From Lingula anatina (taxonomy: Eukaryota > Animalia > Brachiopoda), in contig CM120645.1 in NCBI GenBank assembly GCA_051362555.1, positions 13,392,001 through 13,456,000 on the forward strand: a stretch of DNA of 64,000 nt. The letters run 5' to 3'. The notes under the pieces were generated by a model that was given only the letters and a program-made list of their open reading frames with translations, did no database searches and was not told where the DNA came from. This document shows positions 62,492-64,000 of this stretch, one piece after another. Numbering within the stretch: the stretch's first letter is position 1; every line of letters begins with the position of its first letter. A program made the translations under genes and the position numbers.

Positions 62492-62973
62492 TTTTATATC
62501 TTTCACAGCAGGGGACCAACTTGTTCAATGTTGCATTTCATAACAGTGTTTGTTATGGCTACCATGCAACTTATTTAAAGCTGTGTGACATAATACTGTT
62601 TACTATGGCTGCATGTTACCCTCATCGCCTGTTAGTATTCGTGACACTTGAAAAACCTTTGATGTTAACAATTCAACGACAAAAAGGGACAGTTTTTTTT
62701 TACATAATATTATTAACTTGAAAAGAAATGGCTGTTTGCAAGTTGTGATATGGATTTCCTTTTATTGCATATGAAAAGGCCGACTTCTTTCATGCTCTCT
62801 ATTCCTTTTATTCCAGTCTCCTCACGACTACCCGGTTTTGACAGGATCGGAGCACTGGAAAAGAAAAATCCGCACGTTTTTCAGAGCTCATGATATCGAC
62901 CGCGACGGCTTTCTGACCAAAAAAGATTTTGAAATGACTGCTCATCGCGTTGCTGATTACATGAACCTTGATG
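62089..62973 (+). CDS. SCP-like EF-hand protein G with leader (exons 1-2; exon 3 presumably beyond the window)
   Basis: Exons 62089-62172 (MAGILFSKRLLKDVFSGRYTQKALFVKM) and 62817-62973 (SPHDYPVLTGSEHWKRKIRTFFRAHDIDRDGFLTKKDFEMTAHRVADYMNLD). Closest to F. Confidence 0.85.
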
Positions 62974-64000
62974 GTAATAACCCCAACCCCTGAAATTAAG
63001 TTAAAGGGTTTGCTTCATGCCGTCAGAATGGCCTGAACGGAACATATTCTTCAGAAAACATGCCCAACTAACGATATCTTAATCCAAATACACAAATTAA
63101 AAGCTCATTTTGTAAATTTTTGGCTTTAAAAAACGTCCTATTTGCTCGGCCTGGGAGTTAATGAGCTACGTGGTCACGTGGTCCAATGACGACAATCGAG
63201 CCACTGGAGAACAGAGCGTGCTTAGCTGTCAAACTGAGCTGCATTGTCTACCTGTAAGATGACTTCTCTATCTGGCTTCTGATAAAAGTTTATACTCATT
63301 CAAATCTCTTACCCGAGGGGTCTAAATCCTCGTGAAGCTGTGTAAAACCATTTCCCGTCTAGTCATTTCTTTAACAAGCATTTCATTATGGTTATCCCAA
63401 GTTGTATAAAACACTGCATTTGAATGAGTTAAGGGAAATGTTGATTATTGCATATGAAGTCCATGTTATTTTATTAAACCGCTGACACTCCGTCTTGCAT
63501 ACTTTTATTAAACTGAGGTAAACAATGCCCGTTACCTTGACAAGTCCTATCTTAATCATCCATCTAACTGGAACTTCCTTTACCTCTTAATTAGAGGGTT
63601 AAATGGCATTCAATTTGTCTTGCTTGTATCGAACGCACTCTCTATCTAAGCTTTACTCCAGTTATCTCAGGTAAAAATCTACCTGTGCGTTAGTTACAAA
63701 GCGCAGCTCCCGTAGACCTGGGGGTACTAGATAAAATCTGAACACCAGGTTTATCGAGGAGCTAGAGAAAGAAAGGAAGAATTTTTCCTGCACAACTTCA
63801 TAGGAATTTTAACACGGACTTGATCCAGCTTAGACCTCCAAACTAACAGGGTGACATGGGCAATTTTCACAAACAAATCATAAAACTATATTTCAGTTAA
63901 CCGCCTTTAAAATAAATATACCGTTCTGGGTAAATTAAAATAGTTATTAAATCGCAAGAATATTTTTGACTTAAATGATGATTTTATTATTAATGGAAAT

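Noticed and set aside
63001-63910. Possible TTAA-flanked (Kolobok-like) element in SCP-G intron 2
   Set aside because: The ends match only over TTAAAGG/CCTTTAA, too short to support, and there is no coding remnant.

Overview
AT-rich, intron-containing animal genomic DNA, probably mollusc or another lophotrochozoan (inferred from the gene families and repeat types). Most entries in the ORF track are exon fragments or noise; the real genes have to be assembled across GT-AG introns. (1) 0.5-26.5 kb holds two tandem paralogues of a Cys-rich surface-protein gene built from one-module-per-exon, phase 1-1, six-Cys EB/EGF-like repeats. The downstream copy is complete at about 1,396 aa: signal peptide, 20 EB-like modules, 2 EGF, SEA, 2 EGF, TM, and a tail carrying YERL-x7-YYEM (ITAM-like) and NPVY. 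The upstream copy stops after module 13 and has no membrane anchor. (2) 28.7-63 kb holds a tandem array of at least 7 EF-hand genes of the sarcoplasmic Ca-binding protein / coelenterazine-binding protein / aequorin superfamily. Four are intact, one is cut by the window end, two are disrupted, and there are several fragments, including an inverted one at 9.1 kb. Every one of the seven copies begins with an exactly 84-nt coding exon encoding a basic, almost acid-free 28-aa leader that looks like a mitochondrial presequence; this is the most unusual feature of the window. (3) Mobile DNA includes a decayed 5.6-kb Academ-type transposon with long TIRs and a TCTA TSD, a family of fold-back MITEs, a 107-bp palindrome, a 74-bp minisatellite and (TA)n tracts. 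All gene models were read by eye, without transcript evidence or database searches.
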